64,000 nucleotides of DNA from an uncultured Candidatus Rokubacteria bacterium. Its GTDB lineage: Bacteria > Methylomirabilota > Methylomirabilia > Rokubacteriales > DASRDR01. This document shows positions 27,533-36,648 of this stretch, in pieces (the first letter of the stretch is position 1; each line of letters begins with the position of its first letter). The DNA is taken from the NCBI GenBank assembly GCA_963708025.1, contig CAVPSB010000049.1:128001-192000 (forward strand), given 5' to 3'. The translations under genes were made by a program, and so were the position numbers. A model generated the notes under the pieces. That model was not told where the DNA came from and made no database searches. It was given only the letters and a program-made list of their open reading frames with translations.

Positions 27533-28863
27533 GGGGTCGGGGCGCCGCCTTTCCACTCGTCCGGCGGCTTGGCCCCCCGCCGGTCGGCCCACCGGCCGAT
27601 GACGCCGCGGCGCTCGAGGTCGGCGATCTCCGCGTCGGTCAGCCCGAGGAGCCCCTTGAGCACGTGCGCGTTGTGCCAGCCGACCGGCTTGCCGGCCCAC
27701 TTGTGGCGGGCTGGCGTGGCCGAGAGCTTCGGCGCCGGCCCGTAGTCGACGACCCGACCGTAGACCTCGTCGTCCAGCTCCCACACGCTGCCGCGCGCGC
27801 GGAAGTGGGGGTCCGCGTACTGGTCGCCCCCGTGCATCACGGGCGCGGCTGCGAAGCCGTGGCTCAGGGCCGCCGCCTCGACCTCCGCCCGCGAGCGCCC
27901 CTCGCACCAGCCCTGGATGAGTCGATCGAGCTCGTCGGCGGCGTCCGGCACCCGCCGGGCGGCGGCCGCTCGGAAGCGAGGGGCGTCGGCCAGCTCGGGT
28001 CGGCCGAGCGCTCGGACCAGCCCGGCGAACTCGCCGTCGGCGCCGGCCACGATCGCGGCGTAGCCATCCCGGCAGCGGAAGATCCCGGAGGGCACGTGCA
28101 CCGGGTCCCGGTTGCCCGTCTTCGGCCGGTCGCGCCCGGTGAGGCCCGCGTAGAGCCAGGTCCAGTCCATCGCCCGGACGAGCCCCTCGCACTGCGCCAT
28201 CTCGACGAACTGGCCCTCGCCCGTCCGATCACGCCAGCGGAGGGCGGCCAGGGCGCCCATCGCCGACAGGCAGGCTCCGAACCAGTCGCCCAGGTAGTTC
28301 CCGATCTTGGTCGGCAACGCCCCCTCGAAGCCCGAGATCGCCGTGAGCCCCGAGACCGCCTGGGCCAGCCCGTCGTACGAGGCCCGGCCCTCGGCAAAGG
28401 GCCCCCACTGGCCGAACCCGGTGTTGGAGACGTAGATGAGCTTCGGGTTCAGCTCCCGGAGCTGCCGGTAGCCGAGCCCCCACTTCGCCTCGGTGGTGCC
28501 GGGCTTGAAGTTCTCGATCACGATGTCGGAGCGAACGGCGAGCTTCCGGATAAGCGCCTGACCCTCGGCGTGATGGAGGTCGACGCCGATATGGTACTTG
28601 CCGTGGTTCTGCGGGAAGAAGGCGACCGAGACGTTCTTCCAGAAGCAGCCGGCGTGGCCGAGGATCCGGGTCACGTCGCCCCCGCCCGGCATCTCCACCT
28701 TGATCACCTCGGCGCCCAGCTCGCCCAGGAAATCCGCGGTGGCCGGGCCGAAGATGATGACCGAGAGATCGAGCACCCGGATGCCCCGGAGCGCCTCCGG
28801 CTTGGCGTGGAGCAGGGCGGGGTCGAATAACCGCCCCGCCCAGTCGAAGTAGGATTCGGTCAT
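27529..28863 (-). CDS. Family III (CaiB/BaiF) CoA-transferase
   Basis: GIRVLDL, LGAEVIKVE, IENFKPG, GFGQWGP, YDGLAQA.SG, GD catalytic Asp. Confidence 0.9.
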   Translation of the reverse strand: MTESYFDWAGRLFDPALLHAKPEALRGIRVLDLSVIIFGPATADFLGELGAEVIKVEMPGGGDVTRILGHAGCFWKNVSVAFFPQNHGKYHIGVDLHHAEGQALIRKLAVRSDIVIENFKPGTTEAKWGLGYRQLRELNPKLIYVSNTGFGQWGPFAEGRASYDGLAQAVSGLTAISGFEGALPTKIGNYLGDWFGACLSAMGALAALRWRDRTGEGQFVEMAQCEGLVRAMDWTWLYAGLTGRDRPKTGNRDPVHVPSGIFRCRDGYAAIVAGADGEFAGLVRALGRPELADAPRFRAAAARRVPDAADELDRLIQGWCEGRSRAEVEAAALSHGFAAAPVMHGGDQYADPHFRARGSVWELDDEVYGRVVDYGPAPKLSATPARHKWAGKPVGWHNAHVLKGLLGLTDAEIADLERRGVIGRWADRRGAKPPDEWKGGAPTP

Positions 28864-28944
28864 TTGGCTGGGGCCGGCGTCGGGGACCCCGGTGGCGGCG
28901 AGATCCGAGGCGGCCCCGCCCGGGGCTCCGGGCCGGGCCGCTCG

Positions 28945-29037
28945 CTCAGTTCGGGACCTCCCCACCCCCCCAACCCCCCTCCCCCACCCACCGGGGGGAG
29001 GGGGGAGCCGGAGGACGCCATTCCTTCAGACCCTCTA
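28945..29037 (-). repeat. Repeat family A copy directly after the SCP2 stop
   Basis: CTCAGTTCGGGACCTCCCC...CCCCCCTCCCCCACCCACCGGGGGGAGGGGGGAGCCGGAG...ATTCCTTCAGACCCT-CTA. Confidence 0.88.
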
Positions 29038-29355
29038 GATGCCGAACATCCCGGCCAGCTTCATCGCCAGCCCCATGTCTCCCTTGATCTTGAGCTTCCC
29101 GGACATGAACGCCATCTGACCGTTCAGCTTGCCGGAGACCATGTCGATCCAGTCCGGGGCCGCCATCGTCAGCGTGAGGTTCGGCGTGGCCGCCGCCCCC
29201 TCCTGCATGGCGCACTTCCCGTCGGCGATGTCGACGTGGTAGCTGCCCCCGCCCTGTCCCGTGATGTCGTACTGGATCGTCGCGTTGACGCCCTGCGCGC
29301 GGTCCGGCTTGAACCGGCCCGGCATCGCGTCGAAAGACTCCTTCACGGTGGCCAT
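29035..29355 (-). CDS. SCP2 sterol/lipid-binding domain protein
   Basis: IQYDITG.GGG, GKLNGQMAFMSGKLKIKGDMGLAMKL. Confidence 0.9.
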   Translation of the reverse strand: MATVKESFDAMPGRFKPDRAQGVNATIQYDITGQGGGSYHVDIADGKCAMQEGAAATPNLTLTMAAPDWIDMVSGKLNGQMAFMSGKLKIKGDMGLAMKLAGMFGI

Positions 29356-29379
29356 AGTCACTCTCCTCGGAATCGAGGC

Positions 29380-30129
29380 TCAGAACGTGAACAGGTCCAT
29401 CCCGCCCGTCACCGTCAGCACGGCGCCGGTGATGTAGCGGGCGCGCTCGGAGCAGAGAAACGCGATGGCGTTGGCAATGTCCTCGGGATCACCCTCCCGC
29501 TGCATCGCCACCCGCTTCACCATCCGATCGTACATCGGTGACAGCTTCGTGTGCTCCCCGATGATCCCGGGGGCGATCACGTTGGCGGTCACGCCGTAGC
29601 GGGCGCCTTCCAGGGCCACCGAGCGCGCGAAGCCGATGACCCCCATCTTCGTCGTCGAGTACGCCGTCTGGCCGAAGCCGCCCATCAGGCCGGCGATGGA
29701 CGCCATGCAGACGACCCGGCCCCACCGGCGCTCCCGCATCCCGGGAAAGACGGCCTTGGTGACGTTGTAGGTGCCGCTGAGGTTGACCCGAAGGTTCAGG
29801 TCCCAGTCCTCGTCCTTCATGTCCTTGAGCTGGGCGAGCGTCCAGATGATCGAGGCGTTGTTCACCAGGATATCCACCGGCCCCAGCTCCCCCTGGACCC
29901 GGGCCACCGCGGCCTGCACGCCCGTCCGATCGGCGATGTCGCACTCGACGCCGAGGGCCTGCCCGCCCTTGCCGCGGATCTCCGCCGCCGTCTCCTCGGC
30001 GCCGTCCTTGTTGAGGTCGAGCACGGCCACCCGGCACCCTTCCTCCGCGAGCTTCAGGCAATCGGCGCGCCCCAGGTTCCGGGCACCCCCGGTCACCAGG
30101 GCGGTCTTTCCCGCAATCCCCAGGTCCAT
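29380..30129 (-). CDS. SDR oxidoreductase (3-oxoacyl-reductase-like)
   Basis: TGGARNLG, NNAS, GGFGQTAYSTTK, NVIAPG. Confidence 0.88.
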   Translation of the reverse strand: MDLGIAGKTALVTGGARNLGRADCLKLAEEGCRVAVLDLNKDGAEETAAEIRGKGGQALGVECDIADRTGVQAAVARVQGELGPVDILVNNASIIWTLAQLKDMKDEDWDLNLRVNLSGTYNVTKAVFPGMRERRWGRVVCMASIAGLMGGFGQTAYSTTKMGVIGFARSVALEGARYGVTANVIAPGIIGEHTKLSPMYDRMVKRVAMQREGDPEDIANAIAFLCSERARYITGAVLTVTGGMDLFTF

Positions 30130-30429
30130 TGCGTCCCCCCGGTTGGAGCCCGATGCTTCCGTCAGATGGCCGTCGGTGGTCGCTCCCGGCCGATGACGCG
30201 GCGCGTCCCGCGCAAAACGTAGCAGAACGGAGATGGGTACGCAACCTTCGTCGGGCAGCATGGAGGGGCGGTGGGATGCCGGCGCCTCAGAGCGGCGCTC
30301 TACGGGGTCATCTCGATGGACAGGCCTCCGCCGCAGACGGACGATGCAGGAGTATGGAGTGCGCGCGACATCCGACGGCCCACCTGAAGGCGCGGGGCCG
30401 GAACCATCGTGACCGGAGGAGCCTGCCCG

Positions 30430-30885
30430 ATGCCCGACGAGCATCACGACCGCCTTCGCATTCCTGAGCGGACGGAGTCCATCGACAGCGACGGCACTCG
30501 CCTCCTGCGGGTTCAAGACGGCAAGGCCCTGGCCCAGCGGACCCTGCACCCCGGGCTCTCGCCGGGGGCGGCGCCGGGGGCGATCATCACTCTGGCCAAC
30601 GCGGCGGCGTCGGCGGCCGGCACCTCGGCGCTGACCCCGACGGCGTCGCCCGCCTCCGGCGTCGTGCCGGTCACGATGCAGCTCTCCGTCAACCTGTTCC
30701 GCGAAGCGAGCCGCGGCATCCTGACTGCCGAGGCCGAAACCATCTACCGGGGGCGAAGCACGCTGATCGTCAACGTCAAGGTCCGGGACGAGCAGCGGAG
30801 CCTGGTCGCCACGCTCGTGGTGACCCAGCTCGCCCCCCGGGCGGCGGCTGGACCGGCGCAGGACGCCCCCCGGCTCGCCTCGTGA
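30430..30885 (+). CDS. PaaI-like hotdog-fold thioesterase
   Basis: PGAIITLAN.AA, TMQLSVNLFR, AEAETIYRGRST..V.V.VRDE. Confidence 0.7.
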   Translation: MPDEHHDRLRIPERTESIDSDGTRLLRVQDGKALAQRTLHPGLSPGAAPGAIITLANAAASAAGTSALTPTASPASGVVPVTMQLSVNLFREASRGILTAEAETIYRGRSTLIVNVKVRDEQRSLVATLVVTQLAPRAAAGPAQDAPRLAS

Positions 30886-30899
30886 ACCGCGGAGGTTCG

Positions 30900-31235
30900 A
30901 TGACGAGGAATCAGCTCCAGGCGTGCATCGCGGCTTGCCTCGACACGCACCGCATCTGCATGGAGACCGTGACGTATCTGCAGGCGAGCGAACCACGGAT
31001 CGACCCGGAGGGGATCCGCCTGCTCTTCACCTGCGCCGACGTCTGCCGGATGGGCGCCAGCCTGCTCCGGGGCGGCTGGGAGCTGCACGGACGGACCGGC
31101 GCCATCTGCGCCGAGGTGTGCGAGGAGTCGGCCCGGTATTGCGACCGGCTCGGCGGCGATCCGCGACTTCAGGCCTGCGCCGAAGCCTGCCGGCGCTGCG
31201 CCGAGGCCTGTTACCAGGCGGCACTCGCCGCCTGA
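30900..31235 (+). CDS. Cys-rich four-helix-bundle copper-storage protein (Csp/DUF326-like)
   Basis: Repeated CxxxC motifs (CIAAC, CADVC, CAEVC, CAEACRRCAEAC). Confidence 0.85.
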   Translation: MTRNQLQACIAACLDTHRICMETVTYLQASEPRIDPEGIRLLFTCADVCRMGASLLRGGWELHGRTGAICAEVCEESARYCDRLGGDPRLQACAEACRRCAEACYQAALAA

Positions 31236-31251
31236 GGGTGATCGGGCGCGG

Positions 31252-32031
31252 TCAGACCCCCCGGAACTCGGGGGGACGCTTGGCGAAGAAGGCCTGGATG
31301 CCTTCCGCCGCGTCCTCCGTCTTGAGGACCTCGAGGAACGCGCGGACCTCGGTGTCGATCCCCTGCTCGATCGGGCCGTTGAGACCGCGGTCCACGCACT
31401 CGAGGATGAGGCGGGTCGCGATCGGCGCGCGTTTCGCCAGGGTCCGGGCGAGGGCCTTCGCCTCGTTGAGCGTCTCGCCCTCCTTGGCCAGGCGGTTCAC
31501 GAGACCGAGGGCGAGCGCCTCGGACGCCGGGATCTGGGTGCCGAGGAGCAGGTACTCGAGGGCCTTGGTCCGACCGATGAGGCGAGGCAGCCGCTGGGTG
31601 CCGCCGTAGCCCGGGATGATGCCGAGGTTCGACTCGGTCTGCCCGATCCGGGCGGTCTCCTTCATCACCCGGAGGTGACAGGCCATCGCGATCTCGCAGC
31701 CGCCGCCGGTCGCATGTCCCTGGATCGCCGCGATGACGGGCTTGGGGAGCGTCTCGATCCGGCGGAGGAGCCCGGTCCCCCGCCGGAGGAAGGCCTCGAC
31801 GTCGTCGGCGGCGCCCCCGAAGGCGCTACCGAGGTCGGCCCCCCCGCAGAAGATCCGGTCCCCGGCGCCCGTGACGATGACGACCCGAACCGCGGCGTCG
31901 GCGACCAGCTCCGCCACGGCCGCCTCGAGGTCCACCACGAGCTGGGCCGAGATCGCGTTGGCTGGCGGTCGATTCAGGGTCACGACCGCAAATCCGTCCT
32001 CGCGCTCCACGAGCAGCGTCTCGTATGGCAT
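31252..32031 (-). CDS. Enoyl-CoA hydratase/isomerase
   Basis: LNRPPANAI, FCGGADL, GGGCE, E.NLGIIPGYGGTQRLPR. Confidence 0.9.
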   Translation of the reverse strand: MPYETLLVEREDGFAVVTLNRPPANAISAQLVVDLEAAVAELVADAAVRVVIVTGAGDRIFCGGADLGSAFGGAADDVEAFLRRGTGLLRRIETLPKPVIAAIQGHATGGGCEIAMACHLRVMKETARIGQTESNLGIIPGYGGTQRLPRLIGRTKALEYLLLGTQIPASEALALGLVNRLAKEGETLNEAKALARTLAKRAPIATRLILECVDRGLNGPIEQGIDTEVRAFLEVLKTEDAAEGIQAFFAKRPPEFRGV

Positions 32032-32032
32032 G

Positions 32033-32179
32033 GTTCGTAACCTCTCACCTGCCCGATCCTGACGGCCTCCGGCCTGGCCCCCCTCCCCCACCCTCGACGG
32101 CCTTCGGCTTGGCGGGGGGAGGGGGGAGCCGAAGGACCGATCCTTCATTGCAGACGACACTCACTTCACACGACACTCA
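32033..32179 (-). repeat. Degenerate family A copy overlapping the last codons of the CoA-transferase gene
   Basis: GTTCGTAACCTCTCACCTGCCCGATCCT, two variant GACGGCC.TCGGC modules, GGGGGGAGGGGGGAGCCG, CTTCACACGACACTCA. Confidence 0.7.
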
Positions 32180-33384
32180 AGGTGGGGCTCGCCGATGGCG
32201 CCGGCGGCGCGCAGGTCGGCGATCTCGGCGTCTCCCAGCCCGAGCACCCCGCGCAGCACCTCGTCGGTGTGCTCTCCCAGCCGAGGGGGCGGGCCCTGGA
32301 TGGCCGCCGGGGTGCCGCCGAACTTCACCGGGACACCGGGCAGCCGGATCGACCCGGCGGTGGGGTGCTCCACGAGCGCGGCCATGGCCCGGTGCTGCAC
32401 CTGAGGATCGGCGAAGACCTCGGCGATGTCGTTGATGGGACCGGCCGGCAACCCGGCCGCGGCGAAGGCGGCGACCCACTCGTCCCGCGAGCGCGGGGCC
32501 AGCCGCTCCTCGATCAGCCGGACCAGCTCGGTCCGACGCTCCACGCGCTTCGCGTTGCCGTCGTAGCGGGGATCGTCGGCCCATTCGGGCACCCCCAGGA
32601 CCTCGCAGAAGGCTTTCCAGAGCCGCTCGTTGCCGGCGCCCACCAGCAGGTAGCCGTCGCGGGCGCGGAAGGCCTGATACGGCACCAGCGAGGGGTGCGC
32701 GTGACCCCAGCGACCCTGCACCTCGCCCCCGACGAGATACGCGGTGGCGGCGTTGATGAGCGCGGCGATGCCGCACTCCATGAGCGACAGCTCGAGGAAC
32801 TGCCCTTCGCCGGTGCGGGCCCGGTGCTGGAGGGCCGCCAGGATCGCGCCGTGGGCGTAGAGCGCGGTGATGACGTCGATGAGGGCGACACCGACCTTGA
32901 CCGGCGGCCCGTCGGGCTCGCCCGTGATCGACATGAGCCCGGTGAACCCCTGCATGATCGCGTCGTAGCCGGCCCGCTCGCGGTAAGGGCCGGTCGCGCC
33001 GAACCCCGAGATCGAGCAGTAGATCAGCCGGGGGTTCGCCGCCCGGAGCGCGGCGGCACCCAGGCCCAGCCGCTCCATCGTGCCAGGCGTGAAGTTCTCG
33101 ACGAGCACGTCGCCCCGGCGCGCCAGCTCGACGACGAGGGCGCGGCCCCGCGGGTGCTTCAGGTCGATCGTGATGCTGTACTTCCCGCGGTTCACGGCGA
33201 AGAAGTACGAGGCCTGACCGTCGGGGGCGCGCGGCGGCGCCCACTGGCGGCTGTCGTCGCCGACCCCGGGCTGCTCGACCTTGATGACCTCCGCCCCGTA
33301 GTCGCTGAAGATCTGGGTGGCGAGCGGTCCGGCGACGATGCGCGAAAGATCGATGATGCGAAGATCGTCGAGCGGTCCGGCCAC
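32161..33384 (-). CDS. Family III CoA-transferase
   Basis: IDLSRIVAGP, GAEVIKVEQP..GDDSR, NRGK.S, ENF.PG, GYD..MQ, VALIDV. Confidence 0.9.
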   Translation of the reverse strand: MAGPLDDLRIIDLSRIVAGPLATQIFSDYGAEVIKVEQPGVGDDSRQWAPPRAPDGQASYFFAVNRGKYSITIDLKHPRGRALVVELARRGDVLVENFTPGTMERLGLGAAALRAANPRLIYCSISGFGATGPYRERAGYDAIMQGFTGLMSITGEPDGPPVKVGVALIDVITALYAHGAILAALQHRARTGEGQFLELSLMECGIAALINAATAYLVGGEVQGRWGHAHPSLVPYQAFRARDGYLLVGAGNERLWKAFCEVLGVPEWADDPRYDGNAKRVERRTELVRLIEERLAPRSRDEWVAAFAAAGLPAGPINDIAEVFADPQVQHRAMAALVEHPTAGSIRLPGVPVKFGGTPAAIQGPPPRLGEHTDEVLRGVLGLGDAEIADLRAAGAIGEPHLECRVK

Positions 33385-33491
33385 GGGCGTCACTATACAG
33401 CCCGCCCGGAACCTCTTCAACGACCGGCCGGGCGGCGGCGCGCGCGGTTGCGCGGCTTCCGCCCGCCCCGTATACTTCGAAGCGTCCGACC

Positions 33492-34439
33492 ATGCACAGG
33501 CTCACGGCCGTCACGCTCGCCCTCGCCGTCCTGACCGGCTGCAGCGTCGTCTCGATCGACCTCACCCCGCCCGTTCGCCCGCTGAAAGAGAGCACGCTGG
33601 AGGGCAAGGGACGGGACAAGATCCTCGTCGTCGAGCTGGCCGGCGTGCTCGCGGAGGAGCCGATCTTCACCTTCGAGTCGAAGCCCGCGGTGCCGCTGCT
33701 GGCGCGCGTGCGGGAAGAGTTCGAGAAGGCGGCCGATGACGACCACGTGAAGGCCCTGGTCCTCCGCATCAACAGCCCGGGCGGGACGGTCACCGCCTCC
33801 GACATCCTCTACCACGAGATCAAGCGCTTCAAGGCTCGCCGGAAGATCCCCGTCGTGGCGGCGGTCATGGACGTCGCCGCCTCGGGCGGCTACTACGCGG
33901 CGCTCGCCGCCGACCGGATCGTCGTCCACCCGACCTCCATCACGGGCTCCATCGGCGTGCTCATGCTCACCGTGAACTCGAGCGGGCTGCTCGAGAAGAT
34001 CGGCGTGAACGCGAGCTACATCACCTCGGGGCCCCGGAAGGACATGGGTAGCCCGTTCCGAGCTCTCACGCCCGATGAGCGGGCGATCTTCCAGGAGGTC
34101 ATCGATCGCCTCTACGGCCGCTTCATCGCCCTGATCGTTCGCGAGCGCCGGCTGGACGAGGCCCGGGTCCGGAGCTTCGCCGACGGCCGCATCTACACCG
34201 CGGGGGAGGCGCTCAATCTCGGCCTCGTCGATCAGATCGGCTACCTGGAAGAGGCCATCGCGCTGGCCCGCGAAGCGGCCGGGCTCGGCGAAGCCAAGGT
34301 AGTGACCTACCACCGGCCCCGCCAGTACCGGGCGACGATCTACTCCGGCGGCGAGGCGCCGCCGATCCAGTCGGGGGTGGCGGACCTCGCCCGGCTGGTC
34401 ACGTCGGGACCCCGCTTCCTCTATCTCTGGTGGCCGTGA
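33492..34439 (+). CDS. sppA: Signal peptide peptidase SppA (S49), lipoprotein
   Basis: LTGC lipobox; LRINSPGG, AASGGYY, TGSIGV, DGRIYT. Confidence 0.9.
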   Translation: MHRLTAVTLALAVLTGCSVVSIDLTPPVRPLKESTLEGKGRDKILVVELAGVLAEEPIFTFESKPAVPLLARVREEFEKAADDDHVKALVLRINSPGGTVTASDILYHEIKRFKARRKIPVVAAVMDVAASGGYYAALAADRIVVHPTSITGSIGVLMLTVNSSGLLEKIGVNASYITSGPRKDMGSPFRALTPDERAIFQEVIDRLYGRFIALIVRERRLDEARVRSFADGRIYTAGEALNLGLVDQIGYLEEAIALAREAAGLGEAKVVTYHRPRQYRATIYSGGEAPPIQSGVADLARLVTSGPRFLYLWWP

Positions 34440-34564
34440 CGGCCACCGGCGGGCCCCAACCGGGGCCGCCAGATGGGCGTGGGCATCGAACCCCGGATCG
34501 GGGTTTCCCATGACTCGGGCCGACCCCCTTGACACGGTTCGACGGCGCGTGATAACCGTCAGAC

Positions 34565-34656
34565 GGGCCCTGGGGAGTCGGACACCGACCTGAGAGTCGG
34601 AGAGGGCACGGCGCGCCGCAGCCGCGCCAGCCCACCGGATTGCTACTTCAGGGCTC
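34565..34656 (+). ncRNA. Candidate structured ncRNA of unrecognised family
   Basis: TTGACA at 34529-34534 with a weak -10 near 34551. Terminal helix GGGCCCUGGGG/CUUCAGGGCUC encloses hairpins CCGAC-CUGAGA-GUCGG and GGGC-GGCGCG/CGCGCC-GCCC. Confidence 0.55.
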
Positions 34657-34673
34657 GCGTGAGCGCGCTTCGG

Positions 34674-34717
34674 GGGCGGCAGGCCCTGGTAGGTCAGACG
34701 GGGATCGCCTGCCGCCC
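34674..34717 (+). other. 11-bp perfect stem-loop after the ncRNA candidate
   Basis: GGGCGGCAGGC...GCCTGCCGCCC; no U-tract. Confidence 0.5.
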
Positions 34718-34732
34718 ATCCCCCCCCACCGC

Positions 34733-34846
34733 GCCGATAACCTTCGCATCGCGGCGTCCTCGGCTCGGCGCCCATCCTCGGCGTACCAGGGCGTACGCCT
34801 CCGGTGGGCGCCGGCCTGCGTCCTTGCGCTGCTCGGCTCTCGGCGC
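34733..34846 (+). repeat. Repeat family B copy lacking both nested modules
   Basis: GCCGATAACCTTCGCATCGCG...ATCCTCGGCGTACCAGGGCGTACGCCTCCGGTGGGCG...CCTGCGTCCTTGCGCTGCTCGGCTCTCG. Confidence 0.75.
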
Positions 34847-34944
34847 GGTAGCCCCCCGCCGGCATTCCATCCGTCCCGGCCTATCAGCCCTGATCGGCAA
34901 TTCCACCACGCTCCCGAAGATCCCTGCAGTCGCTCCTATTCCGC

Positions 34945-35040
34945 TCCCTCTCCCTTTCAGGGAGAGGGTTGGGATGAGGGTGTCCAGGGGTGCGTGGTTG
35001 CCCCCTCGCCCTGACCCGCTCCCAAAGCGGGGGAGAGGGG
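34945..35040. repeat. REP-like CCCTCTCCC/GGGAGAGGG doublet
   Basis: CCCTCTCCCTTTCAGGGAGAGGGTTGGGATGAGGG followed by inverted partner CCCTCGCCCTGACCCGCTCCC...GGGAGAGGG. Confidence 0.7.
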
Positions 35041-35122
35041 AAATGCCCCTTCGCGCATTCGCCGATTGGGGTTGGGCGTCCTCGGCGAGCGCCGTGTTCG
35101 CGCGGGCTTGACCGAGTTGCCT

Positions 35123-35905
35123 TCAGCGGCCGGTCCAGCGGGGGGGGCGCTTGGCCAGGAAGGCGGCCACGCCCTCCTGGGCGTCCTCCGAGCGGGCGAC
35201 GATGGTCAGCAGATCCCGCAGGTACGGCAGCGCCTTCCCGTGGTCCAGCTCCAGCGCGGCGTAGAAGGCTTCCTTGGCGATGGCCACCACCGCGGGACTG
35301 TAGCCGGCGACGGTCCGGGCCATCGCCTGCACGGTGGCCTCGAGCTCGGCCCGCGGCACCACCTGGCTCACGAGCCCGATCGCCGCGGCCTCGCGGGCGG
35401 GCAGCTCGGCGCCGGTCAGGACGAGCTGGAGGACCCGCTTCGGGGAGGCGGCGCGGAGGATCGGCGCCATGACCATGAGCGGCAGGAGCCCGAGCTTGAT
35501 CTCCGGGAGACCGAAGATGGCGTCCTCGGACGCCACCACGACGTCGCAGGCCGCCGCCAGCCCGCAGCCGCCGGCCAGTGCGTACCCGTGCACCTGCCCG
35601 ATCACCGGAGTCCGCATGCGGGGAATGCCGTCCAGGATCCGGGCCAGGCCGGCGTACTGCTCCCGCGCCTCCAGGATGGGCGCCTCGCGAAACATCCCCT
35701 TGAGGTCGGCCCCCGCGCAGAACGCCCGGTCACCCGCGCCGCGGAGGACGATGGCCCGCGCCTCGGCGTCGGCATCCAGGGCGTCCAGGGCATCACCCAG
35801 CTCCTGGATGAGGGTCCGGTTGAGCGCGTTCCGCGCCTCCGGCCGGTTGAGCGTGATCGTCGCCACGCCGTCCCGGATCTCCACCAGCAGCGTCTCGTAC
35901 GTCAC
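35123..35905 (-). CDS. Enoyl-CoA hydratase/isomerase
   Basis: LNRPEARNAL, AFCAGADL, AGGCGL, LPEIKLG; GTGA overlap with the Nudix gene. Confidence 0.9.
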   Translation of the reverse strand: MTYETLLVEIRDGVATITLNRPEARNALNRTLIQELGDALDALDADAEARAIVLRGAGDRAFCAGADLKGMFREAPILEAREQYAGLARILDGIPRMRTPVIGQVHGYALAGGCGLAAACDVVVASEDAIFGLPEIKLGLLPLMVMAPILRAASPKRVLQLVLTGAELPAREAAAIGLVSQVVPRAELEATVQAMARTVAGYSPAVVAIAKEAFYAALELDHGKALPYLRDLLTIVARSEDAQEGVAAFLAKRPPRWTGR

Positions 35906-36543
35906 GGAGTCCGTCCCGGCACACCGGCCGCCCCGAACGCCACGCTCAGGAACTCCTTGAGGATCCGCGCGGTCGCACCCCAGATCACGTCGTCGCCGTA
36001 CCGCACGAAGACCACCGGGCGGCGCCGGCCGTCGCGCTCCCACTCTTCCTCCCGGTAGGCGGCCGGGTCGAGCAGGCAGCGGAGCGGGATCTCGAGGATC
36101 CGCTCGATCTCGCGGCCGTCCGCCCGCAGCGACGGTGCGGTCGCGCAGAGGCCGATGACGGGCGTGATGACGAAGCCCGTCGTCGCGGTGGGGACGTCAT
36201 CGAGGAGACCCAGCACCTCGACGGTCGCGGGGTCCAGCCCGACCTCCTCCCGGGCCTCGCGCAGCGCGGTCTCGACCCGCGAGCCGTCGAAGGTCTCGAC
36301 GAGACCCCCCGGGAAGGCGAACTGCCCCTTGTGGTGGGGCACGGTGTCCGTCTTCTTCGTGAAGACGAGGTGCGGCTCGTCGCCATGATAGACGAGCAGC
36401 AAGAGGACCGCGGCCGGCCGGCAGTCGTCCGGCTCGGCCACCTGGCGGCACCGACCCTCGAGGGCCTGACGCAGGCGGCGCCGCATCGCCTCGACGTCGA
36501 GCTCCACCTGAATGTTCGGGCCAGGGGGGAGCTGCGCGCTCAT
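35902..36543 (-). CDS. Nudix CoA pyrophosphatase (NudL/PCD1-like)
   Basis: AAVL, HKGQFAFPGG...ALREAREEVG, IWGATA. Confidence 0.88.
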   Translation of the reverse strand: MSAQLPPGPNIQVELDVEAMRRRLRQALEGRCRQVAEPDDCRPAAVLLLLVYHGDEPHLVFTKKTDTVPHHKGQFAFPGGLVETFDGSRVETALREAREEVGLDPATVEVLGLLDDVPTATTGFVITPVIGLCATAPSLRADGREIERILEIPLRCLLDPAAYREEEWERDGRRRPVVFVRYGDDVIWGATARILKEFLSVAFGAAGVPGRTP

Positions 36544-36648
36544 CCAGATCGCCGCGGCGCCTCGGGCCTCCGGCAATCGGTGCGCCGCGTCCCTCCGGGC
36601 GCCCCGGTCCCCCCTCCGGGTCTCTCCTCGCTCACGCGTCCCGGGCTT

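Noticed and set aside
25181-27745. Long antisense or alternative-frame ORFs (e.g. 854 aa here, 682 aa at 50167-52215)
   Set aside because: Shadow ORFs expected at very high GC opposite well-supported genes; no recognisable motifs.
34585-34605. CTCTCAGGT on the minus strand (glycine riboswitch) and CTGAGA (TPP riboswitch) motifs
   Set aside because: The other conserved elements of both riboswitches are absent and no regulated gene follows.
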